NCBI GenBank assembly: GCA_043821645.1
Contig: JBDRCO010000065.1
Coordinates: forward strand, 32,001 to 96,000
Length of the DNA stretch: 64,000 nucleotides
Direction: 5' to 3'
Source: Pseudomonadota bacterium
Lineage (GTDB): Bacteria; Myxococcota; JACRCW01; JAFGSX01
This document shows, in pieces, positions 42,126 through 51,700 of the stretch (positions are counted from its first letter, which is position 1; each line of letters starts with the position of its first letter). Position numbers and translations under genes: made by a program. The notes under the pieces are model-generated. The model had not been told where the DNA came from. It did not search any database and saw only the letters and a program-made list of their open reading frames with translations.

Positions 42126-42255
42126 GTCAGGATCCCTCGCCCATGCGGCCCGAGCATGCAGGAGCCAGGTGCAGCCATTGACCCGTGTGCTCGGGCAACG
42201 CGATACTGATATGTTGGCATGGAGTGCGGTCCTGCGACCGAGGGGAGCGTGTGAC

Positions 42256-45147
42256 ATGAGTCTCGATTCAAGCCAGCGCAGCCGCCGCTGGGCCGTGATT
42301 GCCGTGGCGGCCGTCGGGCTGGTCAGCTGCAATGCAGGCGTCACCTGCCAGGGGTGCGGCCCCACGGCCTACACCTATCCATCGCAGGTCGCCCAGGGCG
42401 CCGAACCCGTGGACGAGGGCATGCGCGCGCGCTTGACCGAGCGGGGCCTCGACTTCATCGTCGGTCACCTCGATGCCATTCTGGCCCAGGCTTTTCCACC
42501 GCTGTCGACGGACCCGAGCGATCCCGACTCGCGCCGGGCGGCCGTACCCTTCTCGCAGTTCGGCAACCTGAGCTGGGGCGACAGCGGAACCGTCATCAAC
42601 TTCTTCGACTGGACCGCCGGTCTGGCCCTCACCGACGTCGATCCAGCGTCCTACGCCTACATCCTGCTCGAGGACGAGGACGGCCGCACCCTGCGCGACA
42701 AGATCACCGCGGACTTCATCGAGCCCGGTTCCATCGCCCTGCACATCGATGACCTGCGCATCGGCATCGAGGCCACGGCCAAGGGTACCGCCACCCTGCA
42801 GTTCACCACCGAGGAACTCGCCATCGCAGCGTGCATGGCCAACGGCATGGGCATCACTACCTGCACCGGTTGCTTCGCCGAGGGCTGGCCGGCTCAGAAC
42901 TCGGCAACCTGTCTCATTGCCGGGCAGCCGCTCACCTGCTGCCGGGACAAGGACAAGCTGACCAACGTCGACATCGCCTGCGATATGCTCGACGGCAATG
43001 TCTCGTCGGTGCCGGAGCGACCGGGCTACGCGATCTCGATGTCTCTGGACATCACCCTTCGCCCCGCGGTGACCAACCAGAACTGCCGCGACAACGCACG
43101 CTCCTGCCTGCTCATGGATGCGGTGTTTGATCCGCTCACCGGGCTCTCCATCGACAACATCGCCATCGATGTGGTCAACAGCACCTACCAGGACCTGTGC
43201 ACGGACGACGACCAGCTCCTGGGTACCTTCGTCACGATTCCGGGTGAGTTCGAGTGCGACGCCGTGTGCCCGGTGCTCGATACCTTCGTCAGCGTGGTCG
43301 AGAACGTCGCCGACCTCCTCGGACCGGTCATCGATGTCGCGGCGGGGGCCATGGTCAATGCCCTGCTCGATTCACTGTTCACGAACCTCAACGGCACCCC
43401 CCTCGAGACCGCCAATCGCGTCGCCCTCGGGGATCTGGCCGCGGGACAGGTGCGATCGCTCAACGACGCCAACGATCTGGGGTTCCTGGTGCGCCCCAGC
43501 GCCGGGACCTTCCGCGTCAGCTGCCCTCCTGGCGTGCAGCCCTGCGAGCTGCGCCGCGGCATGGACATGGTCCTGTCCAGCGGCTTCGAGGCCGTGCATG
43601 CTCCCACCGAGGGCAAGCCTGCCCCGAACCGTTGCGTGCGCCCGCTGCGCGGCGTCGACTTCGTCCGGCACTACGGGGCCGTGGCCTTCGAGGCTCCCAC
43701 TGCATCCCCGTTGAGTGGCGAGTTCGTGGACCCCACCGACCAGACGAGTCGCGTGTATGACGTCGCTGGGAGCGTGGCCCTGGCGGCTCTCAACCAGGCG
43801 GCCTTCGCCGCGTACAACGCTGGACTGCTGTGCCTGGAGCTGAGCGCCGAAGATATCTATATGATGACGGATGGCGCCTTCGCCTTGACCGCCGGCATGG
43901 TGGATCTGCTCTCCGGGGGTGATCTGGGGCGCTTCGTGCCACCGCGGGCACCTGCGCTGATCGTGATTGCACCGGAACTGCCCCCCACCTTTGCCATGGG
44001 CACCGGCGCCGATGGCGATCCCCTGCTCCAGCTCAACGTCGAGCGCCTGCACATCTCGATGTACGCGCTGATGTACGAGCGCATGGTGCGTGTCTTCGAG
44101 GTGGTGGCCTCGGTCTACGCCGGCCTCGACGTGGTTCCGGATCCCGCCACCCGCGAGTTGACCTTCCAGATCGCCGAGGGGCCAGACATCGGCGGCTTCG
44201 AGGAGATCTACAACGAGCTGTTGCCCTACTCTGACTTCAGCGAGCTGCTGCCGACCCTGGTCGAGCTGGCCTTCGGGACCCTGCTCACCGACAACATCCA
44301 GTTCTCCTACGACCTGTCCCCGATGCTGGAGCAGGCCCTGGGCGTTCCCATCTTCCTCACCGTCGACGGCATCGAGTCCGTCGACGCCGCGGGCGAGCGT
44401 TCCTTCATCAACATCTACCTCAGCTTCTCGGATCAGGCGGCCTCTCCTGGCGGCCCCCTGGGCTATCGCGTGCTCAGCGACCTGCAGCTCGCCGAGGACC
44501 CGGGCCTGCTGACGCGAGATGCCGACGGTCGGCTCCGCCCCACACGCTCGGTCCGCCTCGAGGGTCACATCGTGCCGCTGGACGGGCGCGACGAGTATTC
44601 TTTCCGGGTCGATGGCAGCGCCTGGCGCGCTTTCGTGACCCCCGACGACGACGGCGTGCTGACCCTGACCTCCCCCCTGCTCGGCTTGACCGGACACCAC
44701 AGGCTCGAGGTCCGTGGCCGCCGGGTGGGCGCGCCCGAGACCCTGGAACCCGAACCCCAGGTGCTGCGGGTCACGCTGGATCCGGACCCGCCAACCCTGG
44801 CACTGCACCGGACGACCACGGGCGACGTCGTGGCCGAGGCTCACGACCTGGTCAGCGACGACGACCACCTGGAATTCGCCTTCGCCCTGGATGGCGGGGA
44901 TCTGGGTGATTTCACGCCCAGGGCGCAACTTGACGCCGAAGATCTGCGTGGAGTCCGGGTGGTGTCTGCGCGCGCCCGCGACGAGGCCGGTCACCTGTCG
45001 CCCCTGGCGCGCATCGCCATCGGAGATGGGGTCCCCTCACAGGATCAGGCTGCGGCGGGATGCAGCTGTGCCAGCGGCCCGGCGTCGGGCACGTTCCTGC
45101 TGTCCCTGCTTGGGGGGCTCGTGCTTGCCCGTCGCCGAAGGCGCTAG
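42256..45147 (+). CDS. Large surface protein with MYXO-CTERM sorting tail
   Basis: N-terminal signal/lipobox-like GLVSC; Cys-rich segments; C-terminus GCSCASG...LLGGLVLARRRRR. Confidence 0.82.
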   Translation: MSLDSSQRSRRWAVIAVAAVGLVSCNAGVTCQGCGPTAYTYPSQVAQGAEPVDEGMRARLTERGLDFIVGHLDAILAQAFPPLSTDPSDPDSRRAAVPFSQFGNLSWGDSGTVINFFDWTAGLALTDVDPASYAYILLEDEDGRTLRDKITADFIEPGSIALHIDDLRIGIEATAKGTATLQFTTEELAIAACMANGMGITTCTGCFAEGWPAQNSATCLIAGQPLTCCRDKDKLTNVDIACDMLDGNVSSVPERPGYAISMSLDITLRPAVTNQNCRDNARSCLLMDAVFDPLTGLSIDNIAIDVVNSTYQDLCTDDDQLLGTFVTIPGEFECDAVCPVLDTFVSVVENVADLLGPVIDVAAGAMVNALLDSLFTNLNGTPLETANRVALGDLAAGQVRSLNDANDLGFLVRPSAGTFRVSCPPGVQPCELRRGMDMVLSSGFEAVHAPTEGKPAPNRCVRPLRGVDFVRHYGAVAFEAPTASPLSGEFVDPTDQTSRVYDVAGSVALAALNQAAFAAYNAGLLCLELSAEDIYMMTDGAFALTAGMVDLLSGGDLGRFVPPRAPALIVIAPELPPTFAMGTGADGDPLLQLNVERLHISMYALMYERMVRVFEVVASVYAGLDVVPDPATRELTFQIAEGPDIGGFEEIYNELLPYSDFSELLPTLVELAFGTLLTDNIQFSYDLSPMLEQALGVPIFLTVDGIESVDAAGERSFINIYLSFSDQAASPGGPLGYRVLSDLQLAEDPGLLTRDADGRLRPTRSVRLEGHIVPLDGRDEYSFRVDGSAWRAFVTPDDDGVLTLTSPLLGLTGHHRLEVRGRRVGAPETLEPEPQVLRVTLDPDPPTLALHRTTTGDVVAEAHDLVSDDDHLEFAFALDGGDLGDFTPRAQLDAEDLRGVRVVSARARDEAGHLSPLARIAIGDGVPSQDQAAAGCSCASGPASGTFLLSLLGGLVLARRRRR

Positions 45148-45863
45148 CGTAGAGCGTCCTCGCACTCCAGCCAAACCGCAAGGGATTGCAGGGTGCGAGC
45201 CATGTCCTCGACCAGGCTCCCGGCGTAGCCAGCCAGAGCCGGGTGGGCCCAGCACTCGAGGACCACGGGCTCATCGATCGGGTGTGCCTGCAACGCAGTG
45301 ACCACGGCCAAGTCCTTGCGGCGGTTTGGATTGTAGATGTTGTCGACGAAGATCTTGATCTCCAGCGCGTAGACCTGCGGGTCCGTGCTGGCTGGATCTG
45401 CATCATCGAGGGGGCCACCCACCCGCCCCAGCTCGCGCTCCAGGGCGTCCCCGTCGTGGGGGTGGGCGCGGATGTGCTCGACCACGATCGTGCGGGTGTC
45501 GCGATCGAGGTCTTGCAGCGGCCTGAGCTGAGCTGCGGCGCGAACGATCTCACCTGAAGCCAGGAAGATGTCCCGCCTCTCTCCGCGCCCGTGGCGCTGC
45601 CGGAACTGGGCGGCGAAGCGTGCTGCCACCTGCACCCTCACGCCCTCATCGAGCAGCCCCAGCCGAAGGTAAGCGTGAAAGCGCTCCCGGGCGCTGCGCG
45701 CAGTCCTGTGGGCCTGCGCAAGCTCGGGGGTAGCCTTGAACAGTGGTGCTCCCACTCCGAACTCGGTACTCACGACCAGGGGATGATCGAACAGAAGATC
45801 CACGACCGCCGGGATCTGGTCGGGTTGTCGCAGCAGGATGGCGAAGGGCAAGGGTTTGTCCAC
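45144..45863 (-). CDS. Hypothetical protein (start uncertain)
   Basis: Protein-like composition from GTG 45863 (or 45875); the longer ORF would overlap the divergent gene. Confidence 0.6.
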   Translation of the reverse strand: MDKPLPFAILLRQPDQIPAVVDLLFDHPLVVSTEFGVGAPLFKATPELAQAHRTARSARERFHAYLRLGLLDEGVRVQVAARFAAQFRQRHGRGERRDIFLASGEIVRAAAQLRPLQDLDRDTRTIVVEHIRAHPHDGDALERELGRVGGPLDDADPASTDPQVYALEIKIFVDNIYNPNRRKDLAVVTALQAHPIDEPVVLECWAHPALAGYAGSLVEDMARTLQSLAVWLECEDALR

Positions 45864-46077
45864 GACGACCGGCACTCCATCGCTTGGCGCCCGGCGGTCA
45901 TAGCAGACGCGAGCGACACCGTCATGATCCAAGGCGCCGGTTGACAGCAACCCCGGGGTGGGGGCAAACAACCCAGCGACCCTCGTCACGCCAGCCGCCG
46001 GGCCGACCGGAATCGCGGTCTGGTTATGCACCCGGCTGACGCGAACGTGCTCGTCGCTCTCAAAGGAAGGTGCCCAC

Positions 46078-47775
46078 ATGCGCCACAACCTGCTGTCTCT
46101 GACTCTTGTCGCGCTGGTCCTGGGCCTGGTCGCCTGTCCCAAGCGCACCACCCGAGACCTCCCCGACTACCAGCTGGGGGCCGGTGACCTCTACCTGGGC
46201 GGCCGCGTCGTGGACCTGTACGAGCACGCGGTGCTCAATCGCCGGGACTTCGTGTACAGCATCGGCTTCGATCCCACATCGCGCCTTGTGGCGTTCTCGC
46301 ACATGGTGCTCACGGACTTCGAGCTCTCTTTGTACAACGTGGAGGATGGGCAACTGCGGTGGCAGGTCCCACTGAACCCGACCGAGTTTGATGTCGAGGG
46401 CGTCGCCTTCGTGGGCGATCGCGCGGTGGTCCTTGGCTGCCGGCGAAACAGCCAGTCCGCCCACCCCGGTCTGCGCCTGCACGATCTGAAGACGGGGGCA
46501 AACCTGGCGAGCTACTACGGGGACGACGAGCGCGGGTACGTCCAGGTGGGTGTGAGCCCGGACCTGCGCCTGGTGGCCGGAGTGACCTTCAAGGACGGCA
46601 CCCTCGAGCTGCACAGCGCAGACACGCTTAACTGGCTGGGTGAGACCCGGGCCCACCGGGGTCCAGCCACGGCCGTTGCGTTTGGTCCCGATGGCACGCT
46701 CTACACCGGCGGGCAGGACCGCAGCCTGGCAGTCTGGCGGCTGGAGCCAGCGTCCCTGGAGAGCGCGGGCCAGGCGCGCATGGCCAAGCTGATCGTGGGT
46801 GATGCCAAGCAGCGCGCCATGGTTGCGTCCTTTGACGGCCGAGCCAACGCGATCATGGCCCTGGACACCGGGGTGGATGCCACCGTCATCACAAACAGCC
46901 TGGCGACCAAGCTGGGACTGCGAGCGGCTTCCGAACGCCTGCCGGTGCGCCTGGGTTCCACCGAGATCCCGGCGCCCAGGGCGCGTGTGCCGTCGCTGCG
47001 GTTCAAGCAGCTGGCCCTTACCGATGTCGAAGTCGCCCTGTGCGACGAGTGTGTGCCAGTGGGCTGCGATGCCGCCGTGGGGAGCGATCTCCTGCGCCGC
47101 ATGCGCATCAGCGATGGCCCTGTTCCCCACGTCGTCACGGTGGAGATCGGAGGCCGCGATGCCCCGACCTCCATCCCCGCCTCGCCGGGCGGGATCGACG
47201 GCGCGCCTGAGGAGCCCAGCGGAGCGGCTGGCGACGTGATGGACGCTGCGCCACAGCTGCTTCGACCGGTGCTGGTGCGGCGTCACGAGCTTCCGGGTTC
47301 GATCAACGACATCCGCCTGTCGCGCGATGGCGCCCGCATGGTGGTGGCGGTATCGTCGGAACCTGCAGAGCGCTCCCTCGAGCTGTACGAGAAGGAGAAG
47401 GCCGGCAAGCTGCCGGAGCCCTCTGCCGGAAATGCCGCCTTGCTGATCGACGCGGCAAGCGGGCAGGTCCTCAAGACATTTTTGAGCCATCGTGGCTACG
47501 TCGTGAGCGCCGATCTCTCGGCCGACGGCAGGACGGTGGTCAGTGGCGGGTGGGACAACCGTGTCGTGCTGTTTGACGTCGAGAGCACCCAGCCGGTGGC
47601 GGAGCATGCCATGGCGTGGCTGGTGCGGCGAGTGCGCTTCAGTCCCGACGGTCGCACCCTGGCCGTCGGGGCCTGGACTCCGCCCGCGTCGGGCGGTGGC
47701 GAGAGCAAGCCCTCGGCCATGCTCTTCGATCTGGTCTACGAAACGCCGGAGCGTGCCTCGACCTCGAAACCCTGA
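46078..47775 (+). CDS. Lipoprotein: WD40 beta-propeller with inserted retropepsin-like aspartic protease domain
   Basis: LVAC lipobox; WD40 repeats (HRG...TGGQDRSLAVW, HRG...SGGWDNRVVLFD); ALDTG...AVGSDLL. Confidence 0.82.
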   Translation: MRHNLLSLTLVALVLGLVACPKRTTRDLPDYQLGAGDLYLGGRVVDLYEHAVLNRRDFVYSIGFDPTSRLVAFSHMVLTDFELSLYNVEDGQLRWQVPLNPTEFDVEGVAFVGDRAVVLGCRRNSQSAHPGLRLHDLKTGANLASYYGDDERGYVQVGVSPDLRLVAGVTFKDGTLELHSADTLNWLGETRAHRGPATAVAFGPDGTLYTGGQDRSLAVWRLEPASLESAGQARMAKLIVGDAKQRAMVASFDGRANAIMALDTGVDATVITNSLATKLGLRAASERLPVRLGSTEIPAPRARVPSLRFKQLALTDVEVALCDECVPVGCDAAVGSDLLRRMRISDGPVPHVVTVEIGGRDAPTSIPASPGGIDGAPEEPSGAAGDVMDAAPQLLRPVLVRRHELPGSINDIRLSRDGARMVVAVSSEPAERSLELYEKEKAGKLPEPSAGNAALLIDAASGQVLKTFLSHRGYVVSADLSADGRTVVSGGWDNRVVLFDVESTQPVAEHAMAWLVRRVRFSPDGRTLAVGAWTPPASGGGESKPSAMLFDLVYETPERASTSKP

Positions 47776-47778
47776 AGC

Positions 47779-48519
47779 TCACCGCCGCGGCCGCAGGCGC
47801 CGGGGGAGCTGCAGGTGGGCATCGAGCCCGAGATCGCGCAGCACATCGCCCCCGACGTGAACCATCACCAGGTCCCGAATGCGCTCGTTGTAGGCATCCA
47901 GCGCTGCCTGGAGCAGGTGCTGAACGCGGCCACTGGCCTCGTCGCCACGCAGAAGCTGGCTCGAGTGGCAGGAACCTGCGTAGAAGACGGTCCGTTGCAG
48001 CACATTGAGACTGTAAGGAAAGCGGGCACAGCTGGTCGGCCAGGAGGGGTGTGCCGCGCACTGCAGGTCGGTGTCGAGCAAAGTGCAGGTGCCGGTCGAG
48101 TCCTGCGTCAGCACCGGGAACCACTTCCACAGATCACTGTGCACCTGCTCGGCGAGGGCCCAGTTCTCGTCCAGCTCCTCCACGGGGTACTCGGGCCTCT
48201 GCAACGTGATGTGCGTGCCGAGCCCGGCATCGAGCAAGGCCGCCACGTCGACCAGCCTCAGGGACACGACCCGATGCCGACCTGTGCAGCACACCTCCTC
48301 ACAGCTCTCGCAGTCGGGTACCACGCCAAGGGGTATGCGCAACGTGACCTGGCGCGGACGCAGAGGCGTCAGGTTGTAGTGTCTGAGCAGGCGCCAGCTG
48401 CGCCACCAGGTGCTCGGCTGTCGCCACAGCCGTCGGCGCACGCCGGGCCAGGCATCGCGCAGGGCACGCTCGAGAGAACCGGGTTCCCTCACCACGACCG
48501 GTCCGCTCACGGCAGCCAT
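47779..48519 (-). CDS. YkgJ family CxxCxxxCC cysteine cluster protein
   Basis: CESCEEVCC; CTLL...CAAHPSWPTSCARFP; start at ATG 48519 or GTG 48510. Confidence 0.8.
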   Translation of the reverse strand: MAAVSGPVVVREPGSLERALRDAWPGVRRRLWRQPSTWWRSWRLLRHYNLTPLRPRQVTLRIPLGVVPDCESCEEVCCTGRHRVVSLRLVDVAALLDAGLGTHITLQRPEYPVEELDENWALAEQVHSDLWKWFPVLTQDSTGTCTLLDTDLQCAAHPSWPTSCARFPYSLNVLQRTVFYAGSCHSSQLLRGDEASGRVQHLLQAALDAYNERIRDLVMVHVGGDVLRDLGLDAHLQLPRRLRPRR

Positions 48520-49607
48520 CCGGAATGGTGCAGAGCGTCTGCTGCCAGGACCCGGTGCACCGTCTCCCCAGGCACTGCATCCAGATCCAGGACATCGCCG
48601 CGCTTGAGACCCCGCAACCAGTCCGCACCCGCATGCCGGCGCCCGGTTTGCACGGACAGCTCGGTCAGCTCGCCCTTCCCGCACACGAACAACCGATCGC
48701 GACCCTTCTCGCAAAGCACGTCGCCCACCACGCGATAGCTCGAATGTCTGGGGGGCCCAGCCCTGGCAACAACCAGCGTCGCCAGGTCCGCAGCCGCCAG
48801 CCTGAGGTGGCCAGCCTCGTCGCCAAGCGCCAGCAGGTCCTCGGGCAGATCGAGGTGCAGGCGGCCGTGGCAAAAGTCGCGACGCCTCCGCAGCATGGGA
48901 CAGGGCAGAGCGTGGGTGCACGGACCGCGGACCACGTGACCCGCCGCCAGCAATCCGTCGCGCAGCGCACTGAGCGCGCGCGCGGTTTGCCGGAGTGCAG
49001 GTTCGACCACGAGAAGGATGCCCTCGGGAGGCAGAGCGGCGACCAGATGCGACAGCAGCGCGATCTTCTCGTCGGATGTCAGCGGCCACTCGTTGACAGT
49101 ATTAAAAGCGATCACGGTGCGAGCGTGCAACGGCCGCCGATGGAGATCCCGGATGTCCGTCGCCACCAGCTCCGGAGTCACCAAGCCAAGCGCGCCCGCC
49201 AGCGAGCCGGCCATGGCGACTGCCCGGCGCGACGGCTCGACGACCTGCCAGCGCGCACCTGGGTTCGACGACAGCAGCGCCAGCCCCGCGCTTCCCGGGC
49301 CACACCCGAGTTCCAACACATCCTCTCCGTCGACACCGTAGGCTCGCGCCATGAGTTGCGAGACCGCAAAGCTGCGCGCACCGTAGTAGGCCAGGTAGGC
49401 CGCCAGCATCCGCTCGTCCTCGAGCTCAGTGCGCACGCCCGCCGAGCGCTCGACGGTGAATCCGTCGACGTGGCGGCGCAGCATGGGGACCAGGCGCGCA
49501 CGTTCCTCGCGGTCCAGTGGGTCACTGCGTTGTGCAACGCCCAGCGTCCGTCGCACGGCACCGCGCACCGCGGACCACATTCGCGCCGCTCTGTCGATGT
49601 CTTGCAC
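48507..49607 (-). CDS. Rsm22/METTL17 family methyltransferase
   Basis: AYLAYY, LELGCGPG, VVEPA and PCTHALPCPM...DFCH motifs. Confidence 0.85.
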   Translation of the reverse strand: MQDIDRAARMWSAVRGAVRRTLGVAQRSDPLDREERARLVPMLRRHVDGFTVERSAGVRTELEDERMLAAYLAYYGARSFAVSQLMARAYGVDGEDVLELGCGPGSAGLALLSSNPGARWQVVEPSRRAVAMAGSLAGALGLVTPELVATDIRDLHRRPLHARTVIAFNTVNEWPLTSDEKIALLSHLVAALPPEGILLVVEPALRQTARALSALRDGLLAAGHVVRGPCTHALPCPMLRRRRDFCHGRLHLDLPEDLLALGDEAGHLRLAAADLATLVVARAGPPRHSSYRVVGDVLCEKGRDRLFVCGKGELTELSVQTGRRHAGADWLRGLKRGDVLDLDAVPGETVHRVLAADALHHSGWLP

Positions 49608-49834
49608 CCGCTCACCTTGTCGCCAACCGCGAGACCAAGCAAGCCGTGGCGACGACGTTCGCGCTACCCCGATGCTTTAAAAATTTCAATCCCTTCCTCG
49701 ACCAGAAACAGTCCGGATTTCGTTTGACTTCATCTCGACCCGTCGCTTACATTCGCGCCCGAATCCAATCGATAGGACGCGCCCGTCGGCGCACCAGTCC
49801 TCACGGGAGCAAACAGGGGAAAGGAGTTCACGCG

Positions 49835-50206
49835 ATGAAGAAGATGGTGGTTACTCTTGTGGCAGCACTCTCGCTTGCGCTCGTGGCGTGCACCAGCGTC
49901 GAGAGCGCCAAGGTCAACAGCGCGGACATCGCCTCTTCGAGCGATGCCGTCGCCGTCATTCAGGCCACCGAGCTGGGCCTCAATCTGCTGTGGGGCTTCG
50001 TGCCTCTGGCCGATCCCAGCTTCGACAGCGTGGTCAACAAGAGCCTGATCGCCGAGGCCAAGGCGATGGGCGGCAACAAGGTGGAGATCGTCTCGATGTT
50101 CCGGATGAACCCGGACCAGTTCCCGTTCAACTTCATGCCGACGCTGTACTTGCCCGGCCTGGTGAACCTCAACATGGCCTATGCAACCGGCGTGGCGGTG
50201 AAGTAA
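49835..50206 (+). CDS. Small lipoprotein, paralogue 1
   Basis: ATG behind AAGGAG; LVAC lipobox; putative promoter TTGACT-N18-TACATT at 49724-49753. Confidence 0.85.
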   Translation: MKKMVVTLVAALSLALVACTSVESAKVNSADIASSSDAVAVIQATELGLNLLWGFVPLADPSFDSVVNKSLIAEAKAMGGNKVEIVSMFRMNPDQFPFNFMPTLYLPGLVNLNMAYATGVAVK

Positions 50207-50277
50207 GGAACCGTTCGACGTTCAACATGTGGATCTCGGGCTGACCAAACACGGCGCCCGGATGAAGGAGACGAACA

Positions 50278-50637
50278 GTGAAGAAGTTTGTGACACTGGC
50301 TCTCGCAGCCGTTCTGAGCATGGCGCTCTTCGCTTGCAACACCGTTCACTCGGCCAACGTCGAGGCCGGCGACGTCGTCGCCAATGGCACCCCCGTGGCC
50401 GTGGTCAACGCCAACAGCGTGGGCCTCACCCTGATCCTGCACATCATCCCCATCATCGATGGTGGCAACCTGGACACCGTGGTCAACAAGACCCTGGTCG
50501 CCGAGGCCAAGGCCGCTGGCGGCAACCGCGTCCAGATCGTCGACGCCATGTCGATGCCGCGCTCCGGCATCTTCATGCTGACCGGCTCGGTCGTGGGCTT
50601 CCCCCTGGCGTTCGCGAGCGGCATCGCCGTGAAGTGA
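50278..50637 (+). CDS. Small lipoprotein, paralogue 2
   Basis: GTG behind AAGGAG; LFAC lipobox; shares VVNKxLxAEAKAxGGNxV and the terminal AVK with paralogue 1. Confidence 0.85.
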   Translation: MKKFVTLALAAVLSMALFACNTVHSANVEAGDVVANGTPVAVVNANSVGLTLILHIIPIIDGGNLDTVVNKTLVAEAKAAGGNRVQIVDAMSMPRSGIFMLTGSVVGFPLAFASGIAVK

Positions 50638-50657
50638 CCTGGCAGCCTTCGTACTAG

Positions 50658-50698
50658 AAAGAGCCCCCTCTCTTGACGGAGAGGGGGCTTTTTTCTTT
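50658..50698 (+). terminator. Rho-independent terminator
   Basis: AGCCCCCTCTC-TTGACG-GAGAGGGGGCT stem-loop followed by a T tract. Confidence 0.9.
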
Positions 50699-50805
50699 CC
50701 TGCGTCTGAAATCAAACCGCGATCCGCTCTGCTGTCTGGCCCGTCTCGATGCGCGTGCAGGACGGAGTGCAACGTCGGTCGCGAGGGAACGCACCCTCCG
50801 GAGGT

Positions 50806-51639
50806 ATGATGCAGTCATGGTGCGTGTATCGAGGGGCTAGGCCCTCCCTGGGGATCGTCGCGACAACCCTTGCCCTGCTCCTCTCGCCCGCTTGCCGCGA
50901 CTCGAGCAGTTCTGCCGTAGCCAGTGACCCGGTCAAGGCCGCGCGCGATCAGGTCATGATCCAGCTCAGCGAGCGCAGCTCCCGGATCGTGGACTTCAGC
51001 GTCAAGGGTCAGCGCTGCATCGACCGCTGTGATGCCGATGAGGCCTTCGTGCAGGATTTCTCGGTGCAGGTGCGCAGCCCGGGCCTGTTCCGGATCGAGA
51101 TCGCTGCGCCCCACACCGTCATCACGTTCGACGGCAAGGAGCAGGTCACGGTGCAGCACGAGGCGCGGACCGTGCAGCGGGTGCAGGTCGCCGGCCAGCA
51201 GGACGAGAAGGCCCTGGCACCTTACCAGACCCTGAGTGCCTTCCTTGTCGAGGGCTGGCGGCCACCCCTGCTCGCCACCACTGGCGAGGTACCCGCCCGC
51301 CTGGAGGCCACGGCCCAGGGCGGCCCACAGGTGGTTCTCGAGCGCCCACTGCAGGACACGGAACTCGCGCGCGTCGAGTACTGGCACCGCATGCACAAGG
51401 GTGACTTCGTGCGCAAGCGCTTCATGGCCAGGGACGGAACCGTGGTCAAGGAGATCGCGGTCGAGCGAGAGCACACCGATGCGCGCACCGGTTACAGCTT
51501 TCCCCTGTCCTGGAAGGTCAAGGGCGCAGATGGCGCGGTGATCTCGTGGACCAAGCTCGGGGAGGTTCAGATCAACGCCGGAGTGCCCAGGACTGCCTTC
51601 GAGCCCAGCGTACCCGACGGATTCACCCCTCTGCCCTGA
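50806..51639 (+). CDS. LolA-like exported protein/lipoprotein
   Basis: Signal-like segment ending SPAC; PGLFRIEI...TFDG and INAGVPRTAF...P are typical of the LolA-like fold. Confidence 0.65.
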   Translation: MMQSWCVYRGARPSLGIVATTLALLLSPACRDSSSSAVASDPVKAARDQVMIQLSERSSRIVDFSVKGQRCIDRCDADEAFVQDFSVQVRSPGLFRIEIAAPHTVITFDGKEQVTVQHEARTVQRVQVAGQQDEKALAPYQTLSAFLVEGWRPPLLATTGEVPARLEATAQGGPQVVLERPLQDTELARVEYWHRMHKGDFVRKRFMARDGTVVKEIAVEREHTDARTGYSFPLSWKVKGADGAVISWTKLGEVQINAGVPRTAFEPSVPDGFTPLP

Positions 51640-51700
51640 CCTACGCGATCAGAAAACAGCGCCTGGTGGCCGCGCGATCCGGTGGTGGACGGACCTGCGA

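Noticed and set aside
39173-45147. Rhomboid as the sorting enzyme for the nearby MYXO-CTERM protein
   Set aside because: Opposite strand and separated by pdaD-speB. Rhombosortases act on GlyGly-CTERM tails, and nothing here links the two genes.
45864-46151. N-terminal extensions of the 45144 and 46078 ORFs in the ORF track
   Set aside because: They overlap each other divergently and look non-coding; downstream starts fit SD and lipobox positions better.
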